A DNA stretch of 63,863 bases, the filler included, from Folioceros fuciformis (Eukaryota): assembly GCA_049999805.1 (NCBI GenBank). It is 10 parts of 10 records of this genome, joined end to end, with 100 filler letters (N's around TTAATTAATTAA, not from the genome) between each part and the next. Parts side by side here need not be neighbours in the genome. Positions count along the whole stretch, not along the records: positions 25,130 to 46,479 come from JBNGIO010002103.1; positions 46,580 to 48,359 come from JBNGIO010002106.1; positions 48,460 to 49,490 come from JBNGIO010002107.1; 7 more parts are not named here. The stretch is one strand, 5' to 3'. Of the stretch, positions 36,758 to 49,590 are shown piece after piece (position 1 is the first letter of the stretch; each line of letters opens with the position of its first letter). Under the pieces are notes generated by a model. It worked only from the letters and a program-made list of their open reading frames with translations. It did no database searches and was not told where the DNA came from. A program made the translations under genes and the position numbers.

Positions 36758-39700
36758 TTACATTATAGCTGCGCAACGATGGCACTCGACTTTGCTCAAA
36801 TCTTCGTGGCATTTATGTTCTTGGATATGACCACAGGGAAGCCTGCTCTCTACCTGCTCGAGGCAGGTATCAAGGCACGGCTGACCACACATTCTCGGGC
36901 AGCTGTGGCCGCAGATGAGCTGCTTTGGGCACCGCTCTTCGCACAGAAGTTGGTCCAAGTGTTCTGAGCATGCTGCCTCTTTTCTGTGGCGACATACAGA
37001 GAGGGTCCTTGTCATTGGAACACGACATGGGGGGCAAGCTGCTCCCTTGTGGCAAGTGGCCTTGCACCTATGCTGGCAGGCTGCATGTTTCTTGCAGCAT
37101 CTCTTACGACATACAATCTGATCATGACCACCAGGATGGCACCGTCGAGGGCAAACATGGCCACATCCTATCCGGTAGGTGCAGGGCCTGCCACAACCCC
37201 CATCCCTTACCTGAGCATAATCTAGTGCACGTGCCACCCTGGTCACCTTCCATGGGTGATTCTGGCAACGCAGGGACAAATGAGAACCGACGAGACCTTT
37301 TTGGGAGAATCTTCGTACCACTGTCCTCCAGATTTCACTTTTTTCAGACAGGAGCGCTGCATTTCCGAACAAATAGAGTCCCAATCGAGCTCTGGAAATG
37401 GCAACGCATACTCTGTTAGATAGATTGAGGAACCCTATCTTGCCACGGCCTTTTTTATCCTCCAGGTGGTTGCTGCGGACCAAAGAAAGAAGAATTATGT
37501 TGCTCTCCTTTCCCTGAAAATCATCAACGGTAATGACTCTGGGAAGTCGTTTGGAGGCTTCCCTCTGCTCTTCTTGCTCTCCAATAGACGCATCAAGGCC
37601 TGGTGCAACAATCCTTGCTGGCAACGTAGCTTCAACACGGGGATTCAGAAGACTTTTAATCTCGTGCACCTACAAATGCAGACACGTTTAAAAGCATCAG
37701 GCAAATGTTGCTAGATCCCATGGGGCCATATGCTCCAAGGATTTGAGATAAGCACATGAGTCTCTTACCTGACCCGTATACATACACAAAATCGTGATGT
37801 CTGAAGCAGAGTATGTACCCTGGTTGAGCAGATACAGACAAAACTCCACAACAATCCTGGCTTCTCCTTTATTCACCTTGGAGCATGTTCCGGTTTCTCC
37901 GTTGGAGCTCTCCTCTCCTTTGTGATTGAGAAAGAAAACGTTCTCTGTCACACCTTGAACATCTGGATACATTCTCACATTGCGATGGTCCTTGAGATGA
38001 GGATAGAGGGGTTTCAAGAGCCTTGAGATACAAGGTCTCATTCGTCTTTGAACATTCAAAGATTTGTACTCTACTCCGCTCTTGACAAGCCTTTCGAACA
38101 TGGATACATCAAGCTTTTTTTTATCTGCCAACCTGTGGACTGCGACATGTGGTCGTAGTTGTTCATGGTCACCTATTAGGATGACATGCCTTGTATGAGG
38201 GCTCACACTTGCAAGTATGTGACTTTCCAGGACCTCAGCAGCTTCCTCGACTATCACTATCTCCGACTTCAGTGACAACAGCACGTCATGGTATCGGGCA
38301 GCCGCAGTGGTGGTCATGCCCACCACGTTTGCTCGTCGCAGAAGGGATAATTGGATTTCTTTCTCCACTTCCAGGCTGTTGCTACACGCCTCTTCATAAT
38401 CCTTGGCAAGTTTGTCGATATGTTCCTTAGCATCGTTCTTTATGGCTCTCAGCCAAAGTTTGTGCAACCGCACTCGATATGCCTGGGGCAGTGCCCATAC
38501 ATCTGTGACATGGATGAAGGAATCCAGATCCAGTTGTTGGAGTTCTTCCTCAGTCAGTACAGTATCTTGCTGTTGCAGTATGTTGCCTTGTGAGCCATCT
38601 TGAGTTTGCTCGTCTTCTACTTGCTGGAGAGTTACTTCATGATCCGATTCGTTTTCCGGCTGCAGTATAAGTTGTGCAATAGTATTCAATTCAAGCGTTT
38701 CCTGCCTGTCCTCATCCTCATCCAGTAATTCGTATCTAAATTCTGATGTGATCGATTCTACATCGGCTGAATCCATTCCCTGGAGGATTGCTTCATCATC
38801 ACGTGTATCCACGTCAAACTTGTCATATTCGTTTTGGCGTATCAAGCCAGTTACCTTTGTTTGGTCATTCACGACTACCGTTTCGTTTCTCCTGCTGGCC
38901 TGTAGGAAATCCCTAGGTGCTCCAGACAGCCAGATCTGCACGATGTGAATGTCATCAAGCCATCCTCTATCCTTGCAATCCAATAATGACGCTATATGTT
39001 GTGGGGCAGCAACTTCCTGTAGTGCGGTCCGATCAACAAGCATCTGCGAAAGGAAACTACTCATCAGTACAACTCACACACAGGACGTACAGCAAAGCAA
39101 AAGAGAACTATTGATAGGCATAGCTCAGGAAGAGGCCGAACAGCACTGAAAACTTGCACCTTCAATAGCGAGGCGTATTTCCCATCGTTAACGATCCGAC
39201 TTCGAGCTGCTGACCTTGCGGCCCATGCCTCCTGAGAAGCCCGACGATGGCTACAGTGAATGCTCTTGGATTGACGTTGTTCATGTACAAGTGCAGCCAA
39301 AGTCTTCGACTTCAGAACTTCACATTTGCTTTGCCCTCCCAAGCGAATTAAGTTGTTCTCAAACTCATGGATGCCCATGAGAAACTGGTCAATGGCGTGA
39401 TTGGTGTAGGACACCACCAGAATAGGTCCACGGACATCGTCTTCGCGGACACTGCTTTCCGACTGGGCTGTGGCATGGCCAGTGAGACTACTTCTCTGTT
39501 CCATTATAGAATTGCTCTGTTTCTTCAGATTCTGTAGCAGAATCCTGACAAGCAACAACCCAACAAACGTCTTACCTGTCCCAGGGGGGCCTTGAATGAT
39601 GGCTAGCTCCTTCGTGAGGCCGTGCTTCAGAGCCTCTCGCTGGCTTTGATCTAGAGCACAGGCCTTCCACTCAGGCCAAGTTGATAATATGTCGAAGGAA

Positions 39701-41474
39701 TCCCTTCCAAGTTCTGTCATCAACTCAGGGAAGGCCGATGAAAAACAGAACTCCCCGTTCTTGGGCCTGGTTGCTAGGTAGCTTGGTGGCCGTACCTTGC
39801 GCTCTAAATCAATTAAGTGCTTGGTGAAAACTAGCTGCCCGCACATCTCCTCCCGCTGCAAACTTTTGAGAACATGCGCGTATGGTTCAAAGTAGGCAGA
39901 ACTTGACTCCACCATTACGAAGCGCTGGCTTGGTTCGAACCAATGGCAACAAGCTGATTCGCGAAGCTTTGACGTGGTGTCCTGAAGGAGGCGGACGTTC
40001 ACTATTCCTTTGGAAAGATCATCCAGCGAACGCCCCGCCACTACACCCCAGAAATGAGTTGCAAATTTGTCCTCAGAGAAACAGAGTAAGGAGCCAAACA
40101 TCAACCGTTTGTCTAAGTCCCTCCTTATCCGTCTCCCGTCAGCAACCTGAAAGTGAACCTGACGAGAAAGAGCACCAACGTGGAAGCGTTGGAAATGTTT
40201 CATCGTTGAAAGAGACAAGAAAAGCAACAACAACAATCTAGACTATGTTGAGATGCAGCTGCACATCGTACTTCATACTATGCGACGATGAGGAGCATCA
40301 ATATCCTACCTCATACTGTATGCCTTCTCGACCGAATCTTAAGCCAGGCTGAACGTGAACATCCACGTAAAGGTTCAGGTGCTGAGTAGTGTCACCTGCG
40401 CGTTCTGCGTGATGATTCTTTAACTCCTTTATGCCTTGTCTAAAAGAATCGATATAATCCTCCCGCAGGAGCTTGTAATGTGTCTGGAGGTACTCCAAAA
40501 CCGAGGTATAGCGTCTTCCGATCCTATTGATGGGTAGACGTTTGAAAGCATTGCCTACTTCCATTTCATATGTGGTGGGCAGAATTGGAATCGCCCAGAA
40601 CGTATCTTCCTACATGAGATGAGATGAGATGAGGGAGAGCAAGCTTTTAAGGGATGAATCAGCAGCATAAAATGTACAGTCGACTCAGCTATCAAAAAGA
40701 AAAGGAAAGGCTGCGCACTTGCTACCTTGGGGAACTTGTTTGAACTTGAAACTGCTCTCGAACGCTTCAACTTTGCCCTCTGCTCCAACAACCGTTTCAC
40801 ATCTGCTTCGAGAGCATTCATCTGGGGATCTCGCGTTGCGACATTTCCAACAATCTCATTCATTCTCACCAGCTTTTCAACCTCGGTGGTGATAGTATCA
40901 AGAGGAACTTCCTTCCAACCATCTGATGTCCGGCTCAGTATCTCCTCCACAAGTTGGACACACGCGTGCAATTGTCTCGGCATCCGATTGCACAAGCCTT
41001 GAATGTAAGCTTGAAACTGCGGCATAAACGGCGATCCTAGCAAAATCTCATACATCCGATTTGTCTTGTGTCTCATCATGGAGCTCCGGATCTCCTCTTT
41101 CGTCAAGAGCTCCACAATCCTTGTGACCACAGCTTCCGTCAGATATGTTCTTCCAACCAAACTCACTAGATTCCTGAACCCGGAACTTCCTTCCCCGCCC
41201 AACACTTCGATGTTGGTGGCGGCTGCATGCTCTATGTGCTTCTGAAGCCAGTTGAGCACCTGGGTCAAAGACATGGATGAAACATCTTCAACTAGTTCTG
41301 CAAGCCATACCCTTTCATCAACATTGGTCTACACAGACGCAAGTAAAAATTGACAAGAGCAACGCAGATTGACAAGAGAGATGAAAAATGTTTAAAACAT
41401 TAAAAAAAAACCAAAAACAGACTGCAACTGCAACTGCAGCTCACCATGTGCATCCTGATGCGATGCACCTCCAT
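36758..41474 (-). CDS. ZNFX1: ZNFX1-like (NFX1-type zinc finger) UPF1-family SF1 helicase; exons approx 41474-41445 (tentative), 41328-40726, 40609-40310, 40147-39160, 39043-37770, 37669-36758
   Basis: IPILPT..YLQTHYKLLREDY, KRLMFGSLLCFSED, MVESSSAYFEPYAHVL, LDQSQ..LAIIQGPPGTGKT, YTNHAIDQF, VVGMTTTAAA, IVEEAAEVLESH, LIGDHEQLRP, SMFERL, QRRMRP, TVDDFQGKE, NRVCVAISRAR, then CQNHP..GGC and repeated CGH.C...CH NF-X1 fingers. GT-AG introns. The start codon is uncertain. Confidence 0.88.
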
Positions 41475-42737
41475 CGTTCAGGACATGGGGGTACATACAA
41501 CATGCACCGAATCTGCATGTCCCGAGTTGGAAATACTTGCAAGGCCCACTTCTCTTGGACTCCATGGTTGTTCTCCCACTTCAGGACAGTACCAGAACTC
41601 GGGGGCAAGTAGAGAGAAGCAGCCGCGGCGTAAGAGACTCCTCACTACTTCAACACTTTTCAATCAGAGGAGAGGAGGCCGCAGTAATGTGTAAGCGATT
41701 ATGCTGCCAGATGGTCGAAGATCAGTAGAACCTCCAGCCGAGGCGGATACGAATCAAGAGTTACCATCACGACTCCATCGATGTTGTTGTCCAAGCCGGG
41801 CACGCTTACACGCAGAGACACGGGGGCCGCGGTAAGATACGTATAAGTCGGGATGTTGCCATACGGTCCAAGCGGACTGAAGCCTCCAGAAGTGAGCGCC
41901 TAACACGAGTCTGTAGGGACCATAACGACGTCACCACAAGCTTGGCACGCTCGGGCGGAGAGATGGCGGATGGACGCTAAACCAGAAGCACGGAACAACT
42001 TCTCCCCCACTAATAGGCACAGACTTCAAAAGTCCGTTTGTAGTAAGGTCTTGTTGGCACGGTAGGAAGGACAGAGTATGTTCATGCAAGGGAATGGCCG
42101 GAATACCAAGCGCGTAAGTCGTGCTTGTGACTGCTTGGTTATTTACGACAAGCAGTTCGGTTTACGGTATGCACATCGCATCCCTTGGTTTGCCAGCCTC
42201 GGTTCCCTGGGAATGGCAAGTTGGACTTCCGTGGTTTGGGAGAGAAAAGGAACGTGCGGCATGTCAGCAAATCCCTCATCAACCACGGGGCGGCGATGGT
42301 AATTTCCCACGGCGCGCTCCAACGGTGACTCATTTTTTTTTTTGGACCGTACAGGTGGGATGTCGTTGGTTTTGGCGCTGGCGTTGGCCATTTCCATTTG
42401 TACAGTTCGTCTGACACCGGAACGGCTCAGGCATGGGGAAGACAAGGTTGTCACTATTCTGGCACCGACACCTGGGACAGTGGTGGAAGATTGCATGCAC
42501 GAGATTCCACGGCTTTTGTAGAAAAGGATTTTTCCTCGGGCTTCACGACGTGCCAACGGCACGCAACTTGTGGAAAGGGGATTGATTTGTTTTTGTAAGA
42601 CAGAAGCATCTTGTAGTGGCAAACGTGCGACTCCGCATTTCAACGGGCATGCAAAACACCTAACTGGCTCGCTGGAGAGGCGACACCTGCTGGACCGGTA
42701 GAAAAGTGGCATCTATTCCCTTCGTGAGTTTGCTGTT

Positions 42738-42935
42738 GCTGATGCTTGTTCCTCTCGTTGGATTGTAAAGGGTGTGGAGTAAACTATTGCAGCCGAGCTT
42801 TATGGCAAGACTCGGTCTGTAGTGCGTTGATGTTACGGGTGCTCGTGCTTGTGTCTCTCGGTGGATTGTCAAGGGCGTGGTCTAAACTATTGCAGTCAAG
42901 GTTTATGGCAAGACTCGGCCTGCCGTCCGTAGATA
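42738..42935. repeat. Two-copy direct repeat, ~103-bp period
   Basis: AAACTATTGCAG...TTTATGGCAAGACTCGG at 42781 and 42884. Confidence 0.75.
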
Positions 42936-43426
42936 GGCGATTGATAGTTTCGGTTTCCTCCCGCATCCCGCATTCTCCATCGATTCCCTTGATGTCCAAT
43001 GCGAGTATTGCAGACTGGGTGTGGAGTGGAATGGCTGCTTCAGGGGATGATCTCACCCTTGATCTTTGGAAGGAGGCTGTCGAGTGCATCCCTTGAGCTC
43101 GGGTAAGTGTTTGGATCGCACTTTTTCCAAGCTTTGCTATCTTTCCCGTGGCAATCTCGCACAATTGCCAGGGGCAATTTTCCTCTTTTTCAGTGACAAT
43201 CTCGCTCACTTTGCAGTGGCAATCTTGCTAACTTTCCAGTGGCAGACTCGCTCACCAAGTTGCCGCATGATTCTTGAATCTCCCCGCAGTTTCCCTCCCG
43301 GCAGTTTGATGGGGTTGCTCATCCTTCTCCCTGCTCCGCCATTACTTGAATCGTTTGGAGAAGCGCCGTAGAAGACGCTGCCGTCAATGCTCTCATCCTC
43401 GAGTCCTGAGAGTGGCTCATTTCATA

Positions 43427-44953
43427 ATGGTATGGGTAATGATGCAGAAAGCGGGGACAGGAGTAAGTCGGAATGGCTGTTCTCTGGGGTGTACGCCGCA
43501 TTGGAGGAACTGCTTCATCTTTGCTTTCACAGCTGTACTCGTGGTCTCGGCTTTCATCGCGATAGCACATACCAGCAAAGCCGTGATCGTTTACAGCCAG
43601 CTGCAGCAAAGCCAGGCTGAGAATTCGCCCCACGATTTGCGGAGTGCCTTCGAGACGTCGTCATCCGTCTGCAAGGGAGAACCGAAGATTTATGTGTATG
43701 ACAACCTGCCAGCTGACTTCAACTCAGATTTACTAGTGCCATTCTGCAAGGGCGAGGTAGACGTCTTTGCGTACTGGTGCGAAGCCCTTTGTAACGGAGG
43801 GCTCGGAAAACAGATCAGCGTCCAGGAACATCCAACTTGGGAAGATCTGGCCCGCGATCAGAATATAGAGTCGCTTGCCAGGCTGAAGCAGAATGCAGAT
43901 CTTTACGAAAGCCTATGGATGAGCTCGCAGGATCTTGTTCCACACCAGGCCTGGTTTCATACGGAGCAGATCTCGTTGGAGCTGCTCTTCCACGAGAGGA
44001 TGAAAGTGTATCCATGCCAGACCAAGGACCCCGAGCACGCGAACCTCTTCTACATCCCCTTCTACTCCACTCTGGATGTCTCGCGGCATCTCTTCAGCAA
44101 GATACAGTTGCGAGATCGCCTCTTCCAAAGGCTCATCGGCTGGCTCATGGCGCAAGAGCCCTGGCTCCGGTACCCGCACAAGCATATGTTCGTCCTCGGC
44201 CGCATAGTGTGGGATTTCGCCAGGATGGAAGACCAAGACTCTTGGGGCAACTCTTTCCTTCGCCAGCCGGAGCTTCACAACACCCTCAAGGTTCTCATCG
44301 AGCAGAGCATGGACGACCTAGGCCAGATGGCGGTGCCCTACCCCACGGCCTTCCATCCCGCGTCAGACTCGGAACTCCAGGAATGGCAAGCGACAGTGGA
44401 GGCTTCCGTGCGAGATTCCCTGGTATCCTTCATCGGCGGCCGACGAGACGCCGTCTCCAACACGGGCAAGCTCCGAGACATGATCTTTTCCCAGTGCCAG
44501 TCCCATCCAGAGTGCACCTTGCTGGATTGCGGGGATTTCAACTGCATCCGCCACCACCAGTACCTGCTCAGCCTCGCGCTACGGTCTGTCTTCTGCCTGC
44601 AACCGGAGGGAGACAGTCCCACTCGCCGCGCCATCTTCGACTCCTTACTGGCTGGATGCATTCCGGTATTCTTCACCCGGAAGAGCGCCTACCGCCAATA
44701 CCTGTGGCACCTGCCTGCTAACTCCAGCAGCTGGTCGGTGTTCATTCCGGAGCAGCAAGTAAGGGATGGCTTGAACCTGGTGCACGTGCTGGCCCGAATC
44801 CCAATTCAGCAGGTGCGCGCCATGCAACGTGCTGTTGTCGACATCCTTCCCAACATAGTGTACTCCATGTCAGGCCACGACTTCCACCGAACCTTCAGTG
44901 ATGCGTTTGACGTGACGGTCCGGCGCGCGTTCCAAGTCTTCAAACAAGAGTAA
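43427..44953 (+). CDS. Glycosyltransferase family 47 (exostosin), xyloglucan galactosyltransferase MUR3/KATAMARI1-like clade, single exon
   Basis: N-terminal TM anchor, KIYVYDNLPADFNSDL, EQISLELLFHERM, FYIPFY, HMFVLGRIVWDF, AVPYPTAFHP, SVFCLQPEGDSPTRRAIFDSLLAGCIPVFF, DAFDV. First in-frame ATG at 43427. Confidence 0.92.
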   Translation: MVWVMMQKAGTGVSRNGCSLGCTPHWRNCFIFAFTAVLVVSAFIAIAHTSKAVIVYSQLQQSQAENSPHDLRSAFETSSSVCKGEPKIYVYDNLPADFNSDLLVPFCKGEVDVFAYWCEALCNGGLGKQISVQEHPTWEDLARDQNIESLARLKQNADLYESLWMSSQDLVPHQAWFHTEQISLELLFHERMKVYPCQTKDPEHANLFYIPFYSTLDVSRHLFSKIQLRDRLFQRLIGWLMAQEPWLRYPHKHMFVLGRIVWDFARMEDQDSWGNSFLRQPELHNTLKVLIEQSMDDLGQMAVPYPTAFHPASDSELQEWQATVEASVRDSLVSFIGGRRDAVSNTGKLRDMIFSQCQSHPECTLLDCGDFNCIRHHQYLLSLALRSVFCLQPEGDSPTRRAIFDSLLAGCIPVFFTRKSAYRQYLWHLPANSSSWSVFIPEQQVRDGLNLVHVLARIPIQQVRAMQRAVVDILPNIVYSMSGHDFHRTFSDAFDVTVRRAFQVFKQE

Positions 44954-46579
44954 TGGGTGCCTCAGAAGCTGACAACACATGCTTGCGAGAGGAGGTACAC
45001 CACAGTTTTGTTCTTCTTTATCTCAACGGGCAGGAGGATCGTTCTATATTTTCCTTCTATTTCTCAATTTGGAGAAATGATCGTTCTATATTTTTCTTAA
45101 CACTCAACCTTGTAGATATTCCAGCTATCCAGAATCGCAACAAGATGTTCAGGTTTGGTTTCCGATTCTGTGATGGATAGAAATTTGAGCTTAAGCAATC
45201 GAAGAGAATGTCCTTCAATAGGAAAAGGCTCCTCGAGTACCGTGAACTTCCGTAGGAGATGCATCACTGGCGACTGAATGCTCGAATCGAGTCATAGCCA
45301 GAGTAGGGGCAGATGCTTCGCAAGTTACAGATGGATCAACTTGCTTCTCAACTTACAGAGGGATCAACTTGATTCCCAACTCCTAGAAGTAGTTAGATGC
45401 AGCGGCGTCTGAGACAAAACCCAGAACGGCTTGCTCTTCCCTACGTACACTGAAACAGACGTGTCTGTCCTTGGGATACCAGGCAGATCACCATGGAACA
45501 TACAAAGAAGTTGAAACCTTTGGTTGAAACAGCTCGGCAACTGGGTGCTGACTGCATCCCTAAGATCTTTAGCTAGCCAGAAAGGCAGATAGACCGTGGA
45601 CATGCTAGCCTTCAGAACAATGGATTGTCTGTTACCAGTCAGAGAGCCTGAAGGTCTCCAAGAACAAGGCCATACATAATCAAAGCTGCAAAGCCAGGAG
45701 AAGAAAAATTACATTGTCGTCGTACTAGCTGGGGTCAAGCAACCTACACCCTTCGCTGGCCATAATGGGAATCTGGAATATCAAAATCTCAGCATCAAAA
45801 AACTCATCTCATGCAAAAAAGCAGGAGGGGAATGACAGGAGGAATTACTGAGAAGCACGGGATGCTTTCTGTAAATGAAATGCACCTGATCCTCCACCGG
45901 AATGTCAGTGAGAACAAAGTAATTCTTCATGTCCAATTGAACTCAAAGTTGGACACAGTGCAGCATCTACCTCACTTTCCACTGTTGTACAAGCAATCCA
46001 TGGCTGTTCTCTAGCATGCCAACATTTCCACAAACCCCATTTCTCAAGCTTCCAATTTGCCCAAAAATCAATCGAGTGAGCAGATGCAGCAAAACGCCTC
46101 CTGCGAGAAGAGGAGAGCATTAGGAGCGAAGACCTCAGACACTTCTCGAGTACTGAGCGTCTTGCGCTGCATTTGTGAAGCAAGTGGGAGGGCCCATATG
46201 TGCCCAGATATACCACTAGCAGCTCACCAAAATGTTCAAAGTTCCAAACGTTTGAAAGCGTCTTCGCAAACTTTGAAAGCCCCTTCAGTTATGCTAGCTG
46301 GTACGAAATAGTCGGCAGTACAAACCCTGATTTCCAAGCCGCCATCGTGTCATCAACGTCGAATCGTAGATTTCATTCTATGTCCTGGGTGTTGTACTCC
46401 AATCATCTTTTGGTCCTTGACCGTCCTCCTCCCGATTCACAAAGAAGCATATGCCTGACCATCGCACCAGGGGCGTGAGNNNNNNNNNNNNNNNNNNNNN
46501 NNNNNNNNNNNNNNNNNNNNNNNTTAATTAATTAANNNNNNNNNNNNNNNNNNNNNNNNNNNNNNNNNNNNNNNNNNNN

Positions 46580-48359
46580 GGGACTTGGTGGCACAACAAG
46601 CAAGAGAAGGCAACTGACCTGAGGTGTAGGACAAGTGTTGGTGCGTAAAGAAGCCTGAATCATGGCTAACGTGCAGGGATCAGACAATATCTCTCAGGTT
46701 GTGGGAGAGAAGTTGGATAACAAGAATTTTGCTTTATGGAAGTTCAGGATGAAGAACTTCTTGGTAGGTAGAGGCTATTGGGACCTCTTCACAAGTGATG
46801 AGAGTGAACCGGAGATGGATCGTACTCCATCACTGGAGCAAAAGACTGCTCACAAGCATTGGGCTGAGAGAGCATGTAAAGTGTTACACTGGCTCTCCTT
46901 AAGTATTTCAAATGCTATGGTCATACAGATCACGGGATGTGAGTCTCCGAAAGATGCATGGGACATACTCATGAGGAACTATGGGAATGTCACACATGCT
47001 AGGAAAATCCAGTTGAAGCAGCAGTTCAACAATTTGTCACGAGGTAGCAGATCCATACTCGTGTATACAACAGAGGTGAAGACGATAGCTGATCAGCTTG
47101 CTACAATCGGTGCAAGTGTGACGGAAGATGACATGGTTGCAGTTACTCTGAACGAACTTGGCAAGGAATACAAGTCCTTTGACACATCAATCTCTGTGAG
47201 AGCTGAGTCCCCAAGTTGGGATGAATTGGTTGCTTTGTTGCTGCATGAGGAAGTTAAGCTTGGTCTGAACACAGGTTCACGTATGTCTCAAGGGAGAGAC
47301 ATTGTTTTGTTTTCTGACCAGCGTGGGAGAGGCCACAGAGGTCGTGGTTCATTCCAAGGACGGGGTGATGCTCGAAACACGCAGAATCAGCAAGACAATT
47401 GGCGTGGAAGAAATGCGCAAGGCCAGAGAGGATCTGGAAGTTTTAGAGGCGTAGGTAGAGCCACAAGAGGAAGAGATGGTTCTTTTCAATCTCATGACCA
47501 TTCCAATAGAGACAAGGAGTGTTACTACTGTGGAAAGGTTGGTCATATTGCTAAGGACTGCTATAAGCAGCAAACAGACATGAGAGGAAAAGGAAGGCAG
47601 CATGGGAACTATGCCTCCTCTAGTAATACTGGAAATGACCAGGATAGGTTGTTTGCCATGCAAAATCTCTCTGAACAGGATGGGCAAAATGATGAGAGAT
47701 AGTACATTGATTCAGGAGCATCAAACCACATGACTCCCATGGCGAGTGGTTTAACAAGATGGATGCAGGTCCCCATGGTCATGTGTGTACAGGAGATGAC
47801 ACACAACATGACATAAAGCACAGAGGAATTGTTCCTCTTAGGATGCCGAATGGTTAGCCAAGGGTTTGCAAGATGTATTGCATGTTCCAACCATTACGAA
47901 GAACCTATTGTCTGTTGGACAGATGGCTGAACAAAATCTGCAGGTTCGATTCAATAAAGATGGATGCTTTATTGAAGAATATGGCAAATGGCGCAAACTG
48001 ATTGCTAAAGGTAGTAGGAATGGACGGATGTTCACTCTGGATGCATCCATTCCAAAGCTAAATGCAGCAATGTTTACAAATGATGCAGGTGCCATATGTG
48101 ATGTTGAAATATGGTATAAGAGGATTGGGCATGTGAGCATAGAGAAGCTGAAATCTATGCAACAGAAAAGCGTGGTGGAAAGATTGCCCAAGTTCAAGTA
48201 TGCTGATCCTGGTCATGTGTGTTCTGCATGTCAATTTGGAAAACAATCAAGGTTTCCATTTGTGCAAACGTGCAGAACAGCTCGAGACCTTTGCAATTGA
48301 TACACTTTGATGTATGGGGTCCTTCACATAATGCATCGTTTGGAGGAGCCCACTACTAT
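46580..48359 (+). mobile_element. Second copy of copia family A (gag 46662-47702, protease, GAG-pre-integrase); nonsense and frameshift mutations
   Basis: Near-identical to the reverse complement of ~9390-11130. TGG->TAG at the protease W(YIDSGAS). Confidence 0.93.
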
Positions 48360-48459
48360 NNNNNNNNNNNNNNNNNNNNNNNNNNNNNNNNNNNNNNNNN
48401 NNNTTAATTAATTAANNNNNNNNNNNNNNNNNNNNNNNNNNNNNNNNNNNNNNNNNNNN

Positions 48460-49490
48460 AGACTGAAGATGAGAGGCAAGGATGAAGCTCTCGTTGAAAC
48501 TCACACTTCTAGCTAGGGTAAGTTGCCTTGTATGTGGGCTTTACAGCTTATAACCCTTTGTCTGTTCAGAGTACCCAACCAAAATATGTTTTGTAGCTCG
48601 ATTGTTCATCTTACCACGCTTCTCCGCTGGTGTGTATGCATAGGCTGCCGCGCCAAAGATGCGTAGATGGCTAATCCTGGGCCTGTGCCCCGTCCATCGC
48701 TCAAAGGGTGTGTAGCTGAAGAGTGGCTTTGCAGGCAGCCTGTTCTGAATATAATTAACAGCAGCTATACCTTCTGCCCAGTATCCTCTTGTAAGTCCTG
48801 CTGATGAAAGAGTAGCTCTACAACGTTCTTGCAAAGTGTGATTGTATCTCTCAGCATATGAGTTTTGCGCAAGATGGTAGAGTACCGTGAGTTGGTGAAG
48901 AATACCCTTCTGTCGACAATATGATTGGAAATCCTCGCTGAGGTATTCTTTCGCATTGTCACTTCTTAGCTTCTTAAGAATGCAGCCAGTTTGAGTCTCT
49001 GCTAGTTGTACGTAGTCGAGAAACTTATCATAAGTCTGACTACGATTATGTAGAAAGTAAATGTGGTTGTAATGGCTCCATTCATCAAGGAACAACAGAA
49101 AAAAAATTGCCCCACCAAACGATGCCGTTGACGTCGGGCCACAAATGTCAAGTATGCACCACATCTAACAGCCCAGTAGCCTTGGTAGGTTCAGGATCAT
49201 TGTATGGCTTTTGTGCCATCTTCCCAACTTGGCAGTCTTCACAGAAAAGGTGATCATTCAGTTTAAAAGAAATTGGATCCTTATACAATTCTGGTTTGCT
49301 AACAACTTGACGTATGTATGTTATGCTAGGGTGGCAGAGACGATGATGCCAAAGAGTAGTCTTGTCCACATCACTCTTGGCATCAGTCACTAGCCCATGC
49401 GCATAATTGGCTGTACTCTCAAAATGATAAAGGTCATTGTAAGTGATTCCTTCTCCCAGTACGACTGAATGATCATGTATAGAGGTTACT
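48460..49490 (-). mobile_element. Copia GAG-pre-integrase + integrase fragment (different family)
   Basis: LWHHRLCHPS..CEDCQVGK, DICGP, FLDEWSHY, LRSDNAKEY, QNSYAERYNHTL, LRIFGAAAY, LVGYSEQTKGYKL. Confidence 0.9.
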
Positions 49491-49590
49491 NNNNNNNNNN
49501 NNNNNNNNNNNNNNNNNNNNNNNNNNNNNNNNNNTTAATTAATTAANNNNNNNNNNNNNNNNNNNNNNNNNNNNNNNNNNNNNNNNNNNN

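Noticed and set aside
43837-44721. 294-aa alternative-frame ORF inside the GT47 gene
   Set aside because: Low-complexity R/P/G/A translation expected from high GC3 codon usage; no motifs.
25130-46479. ZNFX1 + ParB-like + transposases as one defence island or operon
   Set aside because: ZNFX1 is an intact intron-containing host gene, separated from the ParB/transposase pair by an independent Harbinger relic; proximity alone is not evidence in a transposon-rich plant genome.
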